Shown: positions 24,851 to 36,079, counted from the stretch's first letter. The stretch: DNA of 47,574 nucleotides from Octopus bimaculoides (GCF_001194135.2 NC_068981.1:73451011-73498584), one strand, 5' to 3'. Program-made: numbers and translations. The notes: a model not told the origin generated them from the letters alone.

Positions 24851-25150
24851 GGGGGAAGTCCACCGCAGGGAAAGTTCACCGTCACCAGTTCACTGCAGGA
24901 AAAGTCCACAGCAGGAAAAGTTTACCACAAGGAAAGTTCACTGCAGGAAAAGTTCTCCGCCATCAATTCACCGTGAAGAAATTTCACCGCGAGGTAAGTT
25001 TACCGAGAAAGTATATCCATAGAATCTCACCATTAATAGTTAAAAACTATTTTATAGAAAAAGAGAAAAAAAAAAAAGAAACAAAAGAAAAACAGTGACT
25101 TGATGACGGCGAACTTTACCCGTGGTGAATTGATGACGGTGAAGTTACAG
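24851..25150. mobile_element. Foldback-like element with arms built of 15-16 bp units
   Basis: About ten direct units (consensus GAAAGTTCACCGCAG) at 24855-25010 and inverted units at 25096-25150. Confidence 0.55.
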
Positions 25151-25379
25151 GACATGTGTGTATGTAAAAGTTACATGCGTGGCGTGTGAGTGTATATGTG
25201 TGTCAGGATATATATGTCGGAGACTGTGCACCTGTATATGAGCAGAAGCTTAATGTGAGTGAGAGTATATGTGCGTGTGTTTCTTTGGTGAGGTATGAGA
25301 ATGAGAATAGGCGTGTGTACATGTGTATGAATCGGTATGGGAATATGTATGCGTGTAAGAGTATGTATATATAAATATG

Positions 25380-25548
25380 CTGGGCCTTGTTAACTTCATT
25401 TTAGGCCCCCGTGCAAATTAATAATCAGGGCCTTATAGTAGTTGTTTATTGAGGGCAACCCACAGTGTACATAGATCAGAATTGGGACCCCAGACTCCTG
25501 AGGCTCGTAAGCAATTGCTCATTGGGTTCATGACTTAAGACAGTACTG
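25380..25548. mobile_element. 169-bp hAT MITE (Tip100-like)
   Basis: Perfect 8-bp TSD TAAATATG (25372-25379 and 25549-25556); degenerate TIRs CTGGGCCTTGTTAAC vs rev-comp CAGTACTGTCTTAAG. Confidence 0.7.
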
Positions 25549-25743
25549 TAAATATGTATTTGTGTGCGTACGCGAGCGTGTATGCGAATGAAAGGACGTG
25601 CATATACGTATGTGTGTGACTACGTATTAATGTCACCGTACAGAGACATTCATACACTCATGGACATGTATATTTCTATACATGCACAAATGTGTATAAA
25701 TACGTGTGTGTGTTTATATTATGCCTGAGTATATGTGTGTAAT

Positions 25744-26070
25744 GAAGGCGCGTGGCTTAGTGGTTAGGGTATACAGCTCACGATCGTAACGTCGTGAGTT
25801 CGATTCCCGGCGGCGCGTTCTGTCCTTCAGCAAGATACTTTATTTCACGTTGCTCCAGTCCGTTCAGCTGCCAAAAATGAGTTGTACCTATAATTCAAAG
25901 AGTCAGCCTTGTCACATTTTTGTGTCACGCTGAATCTCCGTGAGAGTTACATTAAGGGTACTTGTGTCTGTAGAGTGCTCAGCCACTTACTACACGTTAA
26001 TTTCATGAGCAAGATGCTCCGTTGATCGGATCAGCTGGAAACTTTCTTCGTCGTAACCCACAGAGTGCTA
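25744..26070 (+). mobile_element. tRNA-derived SINE family C (head + CORE-like block + 3' module X)
   Basis: A-box GTGGCTTAGTGG, B-box GAGTTCGATTCC; 25881-26069 homologous to 35685-35859. Confidence 0.85.
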
Positions 26071-26168
26071 CTTTATATGTGAATATGTGTGAGCAAAGTA
26101 GGAAACAGAGCGAAGCAGAAATGATATGCTAAAAAAGTATTAGGCATAAGTACATATAGTTGGATACA

Positions 26169-26342
26169 CATATATGTAGCCAAGAGATGGGTTCAACGGC
26201 TTCGAATGAATTCCACCCACGCATCTCCGCTGGGATCTAATATTCATTTTGAATTTGTGCTTTTCGAAAGTTAGACGTCAAATGGAGGATATATTTCAAT
26301 ATTTGAGAATCCCCTTGGTCGAAATCCTCGCTACGCCCAATG
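26169..26342. mobile_element. Possible decayed hAT-type MITE
   Basis: Right end GAAATCCTCGCTACGCCCAATG resembles common hAT MITE termini and weakly pairs with CATATATGTAGCCAAGA; no TSD found. Confidence 0.3.
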
Positions 26343-26574
26343 ATGTATAGCTAATAGTGGAAAAAGGAAACAGGAAAAACAGCAGCCTGGCCTTGGAACT
26401 TACTTGTGAGAAATTGTTGTATATATGCATGCAGACAAATATATTTGACCTACCTACCTACCTACCTACTTATATACATACATACAAACATACATACATA
26501 CATATGTGTGTATATATTTATATATATATTTATTCCCAGCATGGGAATAAAAACTTCAGCGGTAATAATTATTG

Positions 26575-26728
26575 TAAAAATTATAATTTAGGGTATCTAA
26601 GACATACCACCATGCTTGAAATAGCAGTCAAACTTTGACTCTAAAACCACATTTGGTTTTAGACTCAAAGTTTGACTGCTATTTCAAGCATGTTGGTATC
26701 TCTTAGATACCCTAAATTATAATTTTTA
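26575..26728. repeat. Near-perfect palindrome: 75-bp arms, 4-nt loop, 3 mismatches
   Basis: Arm 26575-26649 is the reverse complement of 26654-26728 except at three positions; loop CATT. Confidence 0.97.
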
Positions 26729-26752
26729 TGTGCGTATATGTATATATATATA

Positions 26753-26790
<38 letters not shown>

Positions 26791-27066
26791 NNNNNNNNNN
26801 NNNNNNNNNNNNNNNNNNNNNNNNNNNNNNNNNNNNNNNNNNNNNNNNNNNNNNNNNNNNNNNNNNNNNNNNNNNNNNNNNNNNNNNNNNNNNNNNNNNN
26901 NNNNNNNNNNNNNNNNNNNNNNNNNNNNNNNNNNNNNNNNNNNNNNNNNNNNNNNNNNNNNNNNNNNNNNNNNNNNNNNNNNNNNNNNNNNNNNNNNNNN
27001 NNNNNNNNNNNNNNNNNNNNNNNNNNNNNNNNNNNNNNNNNNNNNNNNNNNNNNNNNNNNNNNNNN

Positions 27067-27139
<73 letters not shown>

Positions 27140-27469
27140 ATGTATATATACAGGGGATAAAATAATGGAGCATTGTTTTATTTAACTATTTTTGATTTTG
27201 ATTGGCAATATGACAAATCCAGAACTGTCTGATCAGTATATACATCCATGTATTTACATACAACATGTATGCCTTCTGCTTCATGATATAACCCTCTTCT
27301 TTTTCTTTTTCCAGATATTTATACTTAAATGAGTTTAAATTCGTGACCTGTCAAATTTCTTAAGAGACGGAACTGTTGAAGCTCGGGTTGATGGAGTATA
27401 AAAGAGAGAAAAAGTAAAAGAAAAATATACACAAAATAAATAAAACTACTGAATCATTTACTATTGTAA

Positions 27470-28100
27470 GAGATACGGTCTCTAAAATCATGTTTTCAAC
27501 ACAAAACCGAGGTAAAAACCAGCCCTAGCAAGTATAATTCTGAACTGAAGTCAAAGCTCACTGAGATGAGACGCAGAACAGTGAAACGTATTGTGTAAAA
27601 TTCATCAAAGTACGACAGTGAAATTGACACCAGAGTTAGACCCTGCACCTAGTCAATTCTGTGTTAGCCCAAACCGTTCGTTGTTAGCTCATAAAGTTTG
27701 ATACCATGGGAGGGCTGCAATGGTTAAACATCTCTTGTCCTCCATCAACACTGATGCGCCAAAAATGGCGTCTAGACTATCAGAAGAGATAAGTGATTCA
27801 AAGGAACAATGTCATCTTCTCTAATAGATCATCATTCACTTTTTTTCTAAGAATGCTCCGACTGAACGAGCTTACACTAAGCATGCACCCGTAGGCCGAA
27901 GGAGGACGAATTTATGCCTGGAGACAATCTCCTATACCTTCAACCACGACTGTAGGACCATGTCTTATAGCATGGAAGTGTTTCTGGGCAGCCATATCAT
28001 GGAATTCTCTTGTTCTACATGGCAGTGTTAATGTGAAGAACTATGTGAATATTTTGGCTGATCATAGTCACTGTAATGTACAAACGTTATTCACTGATGG
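27470..28100 (+). mobile_element. Degenerate Tc1-family transposase remnant
   Basis: TVSKIM, HGRAAMVKHLL, NVIFSNRSSFTFF (VIFSDES motif), GRIYAWRQ, WAAISWNSL, KNYVNILADH...VQTLF, broken by indels. Confidence 0.85.
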
Positions 28101-28304
28101 GGAATAATGGGCTAAAAATGATAAGCACAAATACATCCGATGACCTTAGAAAATATGAGCATTGTGGCATTCAGAATTTTCTTCCCTGTAGTATAGGGCT
28201 TTTGTAACCAGTCAGAACAAAACAATATTTCAAATTAGCAGAATGACTAATTAGAAATGTTTTTTCTTCACTGGATACAAAGGGCGGGAGTTACTGTTTT
28301 CGTT

Positions 28305-28512
28305 TAATCCCCAGGTCAGTCCTTATAAGGCAGAATTATGGTGAAGGGTGTTGTAATAGTCAGTATTTATCGCCGTGATTATCTTGTCTTTTATTCAGAT
28401 CAATAAATTGCGGTCTACTTTTTCAGTATGTTATTCGTTTTTGAAGACGGTAGTGAGTGATTTGGCTGATATTTCTAGCAAGTCATTTGACTGCACAGAG
28501 GTACCCTCGTTA
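28305..28512 (+). mobile_element. Diverged interspersed repeat (family E); related fragments at ~31620-31760 and ~34525-34610
   Basis: Shared motif GATTTGGCTG(A/C)T...TTT..GCA in these locations; class not determined. Confidence 0.35.
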
Positions 28513-29693
28513 GTTCGTAGGAAATAAATTGTAACGTTTTAATGTTTACAGAATAATATTATGATTACCACTTACTTGATTTCTGATTGTCATTAGATGT
28601 CATATCTTGGTATGTAAACAATACCAGAGTGGTTCCGAACTAGGAAACTTATAATTCACAACTAAGGATAAAAATGCTCTTATCTACCAGAGCGACGACA
28701 GTGAGCAAATGCAACTAAGTGCTTCGTCTTTAAGTATAAGATTAACTGGTCACAGTTATTTAGACATATGTAGTTGATAGTGTGTTGTAACGTTGGTAGA
28801 AACGATAGAACACAGGGTCTAAATGAGTGCAGTCTTCAGTCAGGTCTCTACACATTACCATTTGAACATCCTCTGTGGTTGCTTTTGTCATTCGGGTTTG
28901 GTAAAAATCGATCGAATAGTCACCAGGAAAACACTATGATCGTTTCAATTTCTGTTTGATACCTTAATAAGAAATCAATATTTCACACACTTGAAATCGT
29001 ATTTTGATTCAGAGCAGCGTGACCGTGTACTTGGATTCATGATTGATTTTTAATCTTGAGTGGGAAAAAAAGTTACAATTTATTTTGAGGTAAAGTAACC
29101 GCAATAGTACGGGCGTGTATACAAAGAAATAAGCGGTATATAATTGCCATTTGGTATTTTTGTAATAACTGATGTCGCAGATAAAGATAACATCTGTGTT
29201 ATCGAAAGTGTATCGTAAAGTAGAATCTAAACACCAGAAGCTTGAGTTATTTAGCAAGTTGACGGGAAAACATGCTATTAGAAGGAGTAGAAACTATGAA
29301 TTGTATCCTTTATTGAGAAGGAGGTGCCGATGCGGATTTGGTTTTATTTCGCCAGCAATAGCTCCATAACGCAGCATATGGATGATATTTTCAAAAGAAA
29401 TAATGTCGAAGAAACAAAAAATCGAAATGAATTTAAGAATGATTCTTTTTAAATGAAATTTTGATATTTTAAATGTGAAGAAATACTATGAAGGAAATTA
29501 TCATTTTCTTCGGACCATTCAAAGAGCAAATATGTAAATATTCCAAGTGCAAGTGATTAACCGGAAGAAAGAATAACAGTTCGTTTCCAATCAGTGACAC
29601 TTGCATCAAAATTTCCAAGACAAAATTTCCGAAACTTCTTTGAATCACTTCACCTACCTAAAAGAGAATAGTAATGAAAAGATGTTTCTTTTT

Positions 29694-29791
29694 CTAGGGC
29701 AGGCAGTATCTTTCCTTAGCACAGTCATCAGAGGATTCTAACTCTGGGTCATGGCAAGTACATTTTGCACCTGCAAGGCCACAGCCTCTAG
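29694..29791 (-). CDS. Candidate terminal coding exon, Cys-rich: (S)RGCGLAGAKCTCHDPELESSDDCAKERYCLP*
   Basis: Strong acceptor TTTTATTATTTTATTTTTGTTTCAG|; phase-compatible with the upstream 50-nt exon; unique sequence. No homolog recognised. Confidence 0.45.
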
Positions 29792-30211
29792 CTGAAACAA
29801 AAATAAAATAATAAAAAGGGAGCTAACATTAACTGTATTTATTGCTCGACTTTCTAGAAATAGCAGCCCAATCTCCTTCAAATCTAACCCTAAAATCTTT
29901 GAAAGTGTAAGGGGACTGGTTAATTCAGTCCTATATATATGATATTCCACCGACGGTGTTTTCTCTCGTATTAAACATGCATTAATCCTGCATCGGCTGA
30001 GGATCGAGACTCCTTGCATGTGTTCTATGCCGGGGTCTTTTACTGAATTTAACCTTCTATTTCTAATGATATTGAGGTCTACTACTTTTGTTGTTGCACA
30101 CATGGTTAATTGGTNNNNNNNNNNGTGTGTGCGTGTGCGTGTGCGTGCGTGTGTGTGTGCGTGCGTGCGTGCGTGCGTGCGTGTGTGTACAATTGTTGAA
30201 AGAATACTTAC

Positions 30212-30261
30212 AGGTCACAGCTGAATGTCTTGGATCATTGTTCTGCTGAATTACGATTGAC
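30212..30261 (-). CDS. Candidate 50-nt internal exon: SIVIQQNNDPRHSAVT
   Basis: Acceptor TTCTTGTTGCTTAGCTTTAG|, canonical donor |GTAAGT; only one open frame, and it joins the downstream exon in frame (T+CT=Ser). Confidence 0.45.
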
Positions 30262-30928
30262 CTAAAGCTAAGCAACAAGAACTAATATCCATAAAATGAG
30301 AAAACAATAAGGTTGCTACGCAGAGAGTTCATTATCCTTTTCACTGACCTAAATTTTCAAAATAATTCTCACTTGTTATATTCCTTGATTGTTTTTTCGT
30401 TTTGACTGCTGATTTCCTATCCAAATTCTCCTTGGTAACAATATACGTAAAAATATTTCATCAGCATGTATCATAATATTCACTGAATGCGGATAGCTGT
30501 GTTTATTAATGTGTCTGCAGCTCACTGTTACACTCGCACGCATACACACGCATACACGACATGCATCATCTCATACATATAATCACTCACATACACACGA
30601 TCACACACACACTAGTATAGAGAACTATAATAATCACTTATGATATAGAAGTGTATTTTATATCATCCAGAATTGTTATATTTGAGAAGAGTTATAACTG
30701 ATAGAGCCTATAAACACATTCATCAGTTCTTGCATGTCCATATTTCACTTCTCTTTCTCTTGCAAAACAGTTGATATTTTCCAAAGTCCTCCATAATATT
30801 TTTTGCTACATCAGTGTAATTCGGTGGGTATGCAATTTTGTCTTTTAAATTCTTGGTGTGACGAAAAATATTTCCAGGAACATAAACAGACATCAACTAC
30901 TTTGAAAATAGAAAGCGAAGTGAAATAG

Positions 30929-31332
30929 TGGCTGTGTGGTAAGTTGCTTGCTTACCAACGACATGGTTCCGGGTTCAGTCCCATTGCGTGGCACCTTAGG
31001 CAAGTGTCTTCTACTATAGCCTCGGGCCGACCAAAGCCTTGTGAGTGGATTTGATAGACGGAAACTGAAAGAAGCCCGTCGTATATATGCATATATATAT
31101 ATGTATGTGTGTATGTTTGTGTGTCTGTGTTTGTCCCCCCCCCCACATCGCTTGACAACTGATGCTGGTGTGTTTATGTCCCCGTAACTTAGCAGTTCGG
31201 CAAAAAAGAGACCGATAGAATAAGTACTAGGCATCCAAAGAATAAGTCCTGGGGTCGATTTACTCGACTAAAGGCGGTGCTCCAGCATGGCCACAGTCAA
31301 ATGACTGAAACAAGTAAAAGAGTAAAGAGTAA
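30929..31332 (+). mobile_element. Full-length SINE family B
   Basis: Colinear with 16041-16450; head GTGGCTGTGTGGTAAG, GGCACCTTAGGCAAGTGTCTT, tail GTAAAAGAGTAAAGAGT. Confidence 0.92.
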
Positions 31333-32049
31333 GCAACAACTGATGAGTGTTTTTATAGGCTTTATAAATTATGACATTCTCCAAATATAACAATATTGTT
31401 TCCAACACACGGTTTCAGATCAAAATTCTTGCATGTCAAATTCTAAATCAGCGCTTTTTAATATATTGCATCGGTTCCCCGCACCCACAAGTAAATAGCA
31501 TTACTTATACCCTCCCTAATTTGTGCTGCTTGTGATTATAAAATTGATATTGTCTGAAATATCTGCGTTAATATTCCAAATAAAAATTTATTAATCTTCA
31601 TTAGCTAATCTTTTCTGATTGAGCAGATCCATAAACAAAGGTGTTTAAGCCGTGGCCATTCTGTTAGCTGGACTACGTTACCCGATGCGTCCTTCCTTAA
31701 GGCTCTAAGGCGAAAATCAAAAAAATCTTAGGTTGCTATTTCTTGCAGGTAGAAAGCCTAATGTAGAAAGTACAATCAATAACTTACTCCGTGTCCCATC
31801 CTCTGATGATTGATATTTACTTCATTGGTGTCTGTCCGATGAAAGCTAATCTTGCTGGGATTTTAACTCGACATGAAAGGTTGGTACTAAATGTCCCAGT
31901 TCTTTAATCTCTTATAAGGTGCTCTACTCTCACTAATAATGGTTTGCTTCTTAAGACTAAATCTGCATCCACGAAAGGCCATGCAACTAATCCGAAGTGT
32001 TTCAAAACCTCACCGCGGCCTTAGATTTACTTTCTAATAACATCATTTA

Positions 32050-32345
32050 CACATACACACACGTACGTATGTATGTTTCTCTCCGTCCCATATATATATA
32101 CATATATATACAGACATACATATATATATATATGTATGTATGTGCGCGCGTGTGCATGCGTGCGAATATATGTACATGTATATATACATATGCATGCTTG
32201 TATACGTATCTACATATGTATGTGAGTATATATTTGCATGTATATGTGTGTGTATGCATATATATAAACACACATATATATATATATACATACACGTGTG
32301 TGTGTGAGAGAGTGCTTAGTATATGTGTGTGCGTGTATGTGTGAT
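32050..32345. repeat. Compound TA/TG microsatellite
   Basis: Directly visible. Confidence 0.95.
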
Positions 32346-32920
32346 GACTAAATTTATTAATCGAATTGCACTTACATGTCCATCTACGCTGATGTCCGTC
32401 CACTGGAATTTTCTATATATAGACCGTTGATACAATTTCAACTACAAAACAACAACAACAACAGCAGAAACCGAAACTGCACTAGCCGCAAAAGCTGAAT
32501 TCAGATTAAACATTTACTCGAGTACACAAATGCGTGTGTGTGTGTGTGTGTGTGTGTGGAACGTAGAAAAGTAATACACGAGTTGATATGTATAAGGAAA
32601 ATAAGATATGATAGAAAATGCTAAAACAATTTTCTCATGAAGTACACTTCGTACCGGTTTCCGTCTTTTGGACTTTTTTAACTAAGAGTAAAATAAGGAA
32701 AACCATTAACTTGAAGAAAAAAAAACAAAAAAACTAAGAGAAATGTTTTGTAGATATTTCCATAATCTTTAAATAGGTAAATATTTCCGTAGTCTTCAGA
32801 TAGTTTGTCTCTCTCTCTCTCTCTCTCTCTATTCCTTTGTAGATGCCTCGTATGTGGGTAGTAATAAACCTGAAGGAATAGTTTGTGTACAGAGAATTGA
32901 TGGTTTAAGCAGGAGCAACT

Positions 32921-33130
32921 GAAGGAAGAAGAGAAGAAGGAAAAGAAGAAGAAGAAGAAGAAGAAGAAGAAGAAGGAGGAAGAGGAGGAGGAGAAGGAGG
33001 AGGAGGTGGAGGGGGTAGAGGAGGAGGAGGGGGAGGAGAAGGAGGAGAAGGAGGAGGAGGAGATGATGGAGCAAGAGAATTAGGAGTAGGGAAAGACGGA
33101 GAGAGAGAAAGGAAAGAAAAGAGAAGAGAA
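32921..33130 (+). repeat. Polypurine tract grading from (GAA)n to (GGA)n to (GA)n
   Basis: Directly visible; explains the poly-Leu and poly-Pro ORFs. Confidence 0.95.
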
Positions 33131-33269
33131 ATACAGGAGTGCTGTGACACTTCTTTAATGGTCAAATGACCTCAACGTGATCTATTGTGGTTGTAGCGGT
33201 AGTGGTTGGAATTGTTCTAAATTCTATAGTCTGTAGTTGTCGCGGCATTCAAAATAGGTTTATATTTTG

Positions 33270-33920
33270 TGATAAAATATGTTTCTTTGCTAATGCGCTG
33301 TTTATAGCTTGCATTGTCCCCGAATTTATAGAAGGGAAAAAATTATAAAGTTATGTTGTTCCTTAGTGGCGCAAATATCGATGTGCTCTCTTAACCCTAT
33401 TTTTCTGTATTCTCGTATTTTAATCTATGTACCGTCATCCTCTGGCGTAGACTATTTTTAGTTTGACCAATATATTGTTCTCGACACCCTGACAAAATTA
33501 ATATATATATTAGGCTTTCCGAAGCACATGTGAAGTTGTTTTTCACTGTAAAATGTTGACACATATACCACAGTTGGGTCTTCCACATTTTTTTTTACTA
33601 TCGGTTTCGATGTTGTTGACAAGTAGTATTTGGGCCTGTGTTAGAAGAATTTTCATTGAATAAGGTTTTCTTTTAGTCTTTATGGTGGTGTGCATTTGGA
33701 GGATTTGATCCATTCTATGGTCCCACTTTAGTAAAGGGTTGTTCTGGAGGATGGTGTCGAAGACCTCAGTGTTTAGGGGCCTCATTGTGCGTGGATATGT
33801 ATGGTAGGGCTTTTGGGTGTAAATCCTTCTTTAGTCTGGGGTGTCTGAATTTCGTGGATGTTGAGTTGTGGCACGTTGGAAGCCTATATCAATTAGTGAT
33901 GGTGAGTAGTTCCTGCTGAT
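33270..33920 (-). mobile_element. Penelope-like element 3' part with GIY-YIG endonuclease
   Basis: IKTKRKPYSMKILLTQA, KKCGRPNCGIC, FTVKNNFTCASESLIYILILSGCREQYIGQTKNSLRQRMTVHR, HIDIC, KETYFITKYKPILN; frameshifted. Confidence 0.9.
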
Positions 33921-33952
33921 GAGTGTATTCTTTAGCTCCTTGTCTTATTTTC

Positions 33953-33993
<41 letters not shown>

Positions 33994-35684
33994 TTGTATA
34001 TGTGTGTATTCGTGTATGTATATGTGTGTTTTTGCGTGTGTATGCGGCGTCTGCATGACAACCGCTGCTTGTTTGTTTAAGTCCTGTAAGTTAGTGGGTC
34101 ACCAAAAAAGTCAGATAGAAAAACTACTGGGATCGTACTGAGGGATGTTGGATTTTGTTATGTGAAGATGATTGCTTAGTTTATTACGTAAATGCTACTT
34201 TTTCTCATCAAAGTTTGTTTCATTTGATATGAAGCAAAGAAACATTAGACAAAATGGGACAGCTTAATACTTTCAAATGATCTAAAGCAATAGGGTGATG
34301 TTTGACATAGTATTTGGCGTCATGCACGATTAAACACAACAGACGACCAACGTTGATTCTACTCAAAACACTTACGTACACAAAGATGAATTGAAATGGA
34401 AATTATTATCGCCGCTTAGCTCAGATGAATTCACACCGAACGTATAATCAAAAGCCTTTTAGCCGATACAACACCGTTTTACTTTTGAAGCGCGGTTTAT
34501 TAAGAAATATACCAACGCATGTCGCATTTTAAAATACTGTAGGGTGTAGTTTGATGGAGATTTGGCTGCTTTGTTTCGCAGATCGAATACTCTCATAGAT
34601 GTTGAATTTATGTGGTAACGACAGGTCGGTGACGATGGTGAATATTTAAACGAGAGATATATGAAATAATGAAAACAGGATGTCAGTAAATTAAAAAAAG
34701 AAATCACTATAAAATACAACATCCAACTAAAAGGATCAAAAGTTCTTCGCGAGGCATAGGTTCACAAGGAAAGTTCGTCCAAAGTTATTGGCTATTTGAT
34801 ATCATCATACACCAGAAATAGTCATGCTATTGAATGTACATCAGGAGTTCCATAGTATCCGTAGAGTTTATATAAATAGGTATACGATAATAAATGGAAT
34901 TAACGAGAATCTTTATTCAAATTCATTACAATTGTTTCGGCGCATTCTTGCATTATCATAGGTGAGATGTTGTGCACTTATTATCTTTACATCCCAGGCG
35001 TAGAATGCATCTCCTCAGATGATTGTTTAAACGAGTTCTTCGTTTGACAGTCACGCTATTTCACTCTGTTTAATAATCTATACCGTGAGTAATGTGTCAT
35101 TGAGATAAAGAAACAGTTGACATGTGGTGACATGGCCAGTCACAGCCTGCTTATCACTTCATTATCTTTTTTTCTTTACTATTTTCTAATCTGTCTAATT
35201 CTTTTTCCTTATAATCTGACCTTTGGATAGAATTGAAGTTTATAGTCAACCGAACCCTTTTATTATTTTTATTAGTATTTATATGCATATCTTTATTTTC
35301 ATATGTCTATTTTTTATCTATGTAGTTTATATCAATGGATTTTTGTATTTTGATTGTAAGTGTATCTTCTCTCTTTCTCTCTCTTACCCCCTCTCTCCCC
35401 CCTCTCTCTGTGAATCTACGGCTTTAGTCTGTAAACTGTCAGAATGACACATTACTCTAAGTATGTCACTCTAGGTATACTTTATTAAACTGAGTGAAAT
35501 GGCGAAAGTATCTAACGTGGGACTTACTTGAACGATCACCCGAGGAGGTGCATTCTACACCAGGGATGTAAGATATTGACTGTACAACATTTCATCTATG
35601 AACTACAGGCGCGAGGATGAATCGAAACAATTGTAGTGTTTTTAAATGAAGATTTTCAGTAAAACGGAATGAGACATGATGAAA

Positions 35685-36045
35685 CCGTGGCACTCGCTGA
35701 GGGTTCCAGTTGATATGATCAACAGAACAGCCTGCTCGTGAAATTAACGTGCAAGTGGCTGAACACTCCACAGACACGTGTACCCTTAACATAGTTCTCG
35801 GGGAGATTTAGCGTGACCGAGTGTGCGACAAGGCTGGCCCTTTGAAATACAGGTACAACAGAAACAAGAAGAAACAGTGAGAGAAAGTTGTGGAGAAGGA
35901 ATACAGCAGAGTTCGCCACCACCTCTTGCCGGAACCTCGTGGAGCTTTTAGGTGTTTTCGCTCAATAACAACGCCCAGTCTGGGAATCGAAACCGCGATC
36001 CAACGACCGCGAGTCCACTGCTCTAATCACTGGACCATTGCGCCT
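35685..36045 (-). mobile_element. tRNA-derived SINE family D (different head, 3' module X)
   Basis: Head AGGCGCAATGGTCCAGTGATTAGAGCAG...GGTTTCGATTCC with A- and B-box; 3' 175 bp homologous to family C. Confidence 0.85.
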
Positions 36046-36079
36046 ATACTTGATGAAATAATGATAGAAGAATGAGTAA

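Noticed and set aside
25744-25825. Genuine tRNA genes at SINE heads (also 35970-36045, 21901-21990)
   Set aside because: The heads continue into SINE bodies and I could not fold complete cloverleafs.
26589-26594. TTAGGG at the palindrome arm as telomeric repeat
   Set aside because: Single unit per arm; expected by chance.
29698-29811. Plus-strand terminal exon GRQYLSLAQSSEDSNSGSWQVHFAPARPQPLAETKIK*
   Set aside because: Antisense to the better-supported minus-strand exon and has no compatible upstream partner.
29738-30103. 121-aa minus-strand ORF as a single-exon gene
   Set aside because: Its hydrophobic stretch is the translation of a polypyrimidine acceptor tract; no recognisable domain; better read as intron plus exon.
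31788-31870. Minus-strand exon ending at a strong GTAAGT donor
   Set aside because: The sequence looks like a diverged SINE A fragment, and the phase needed for the downstream exon is closed by a nearby stop.
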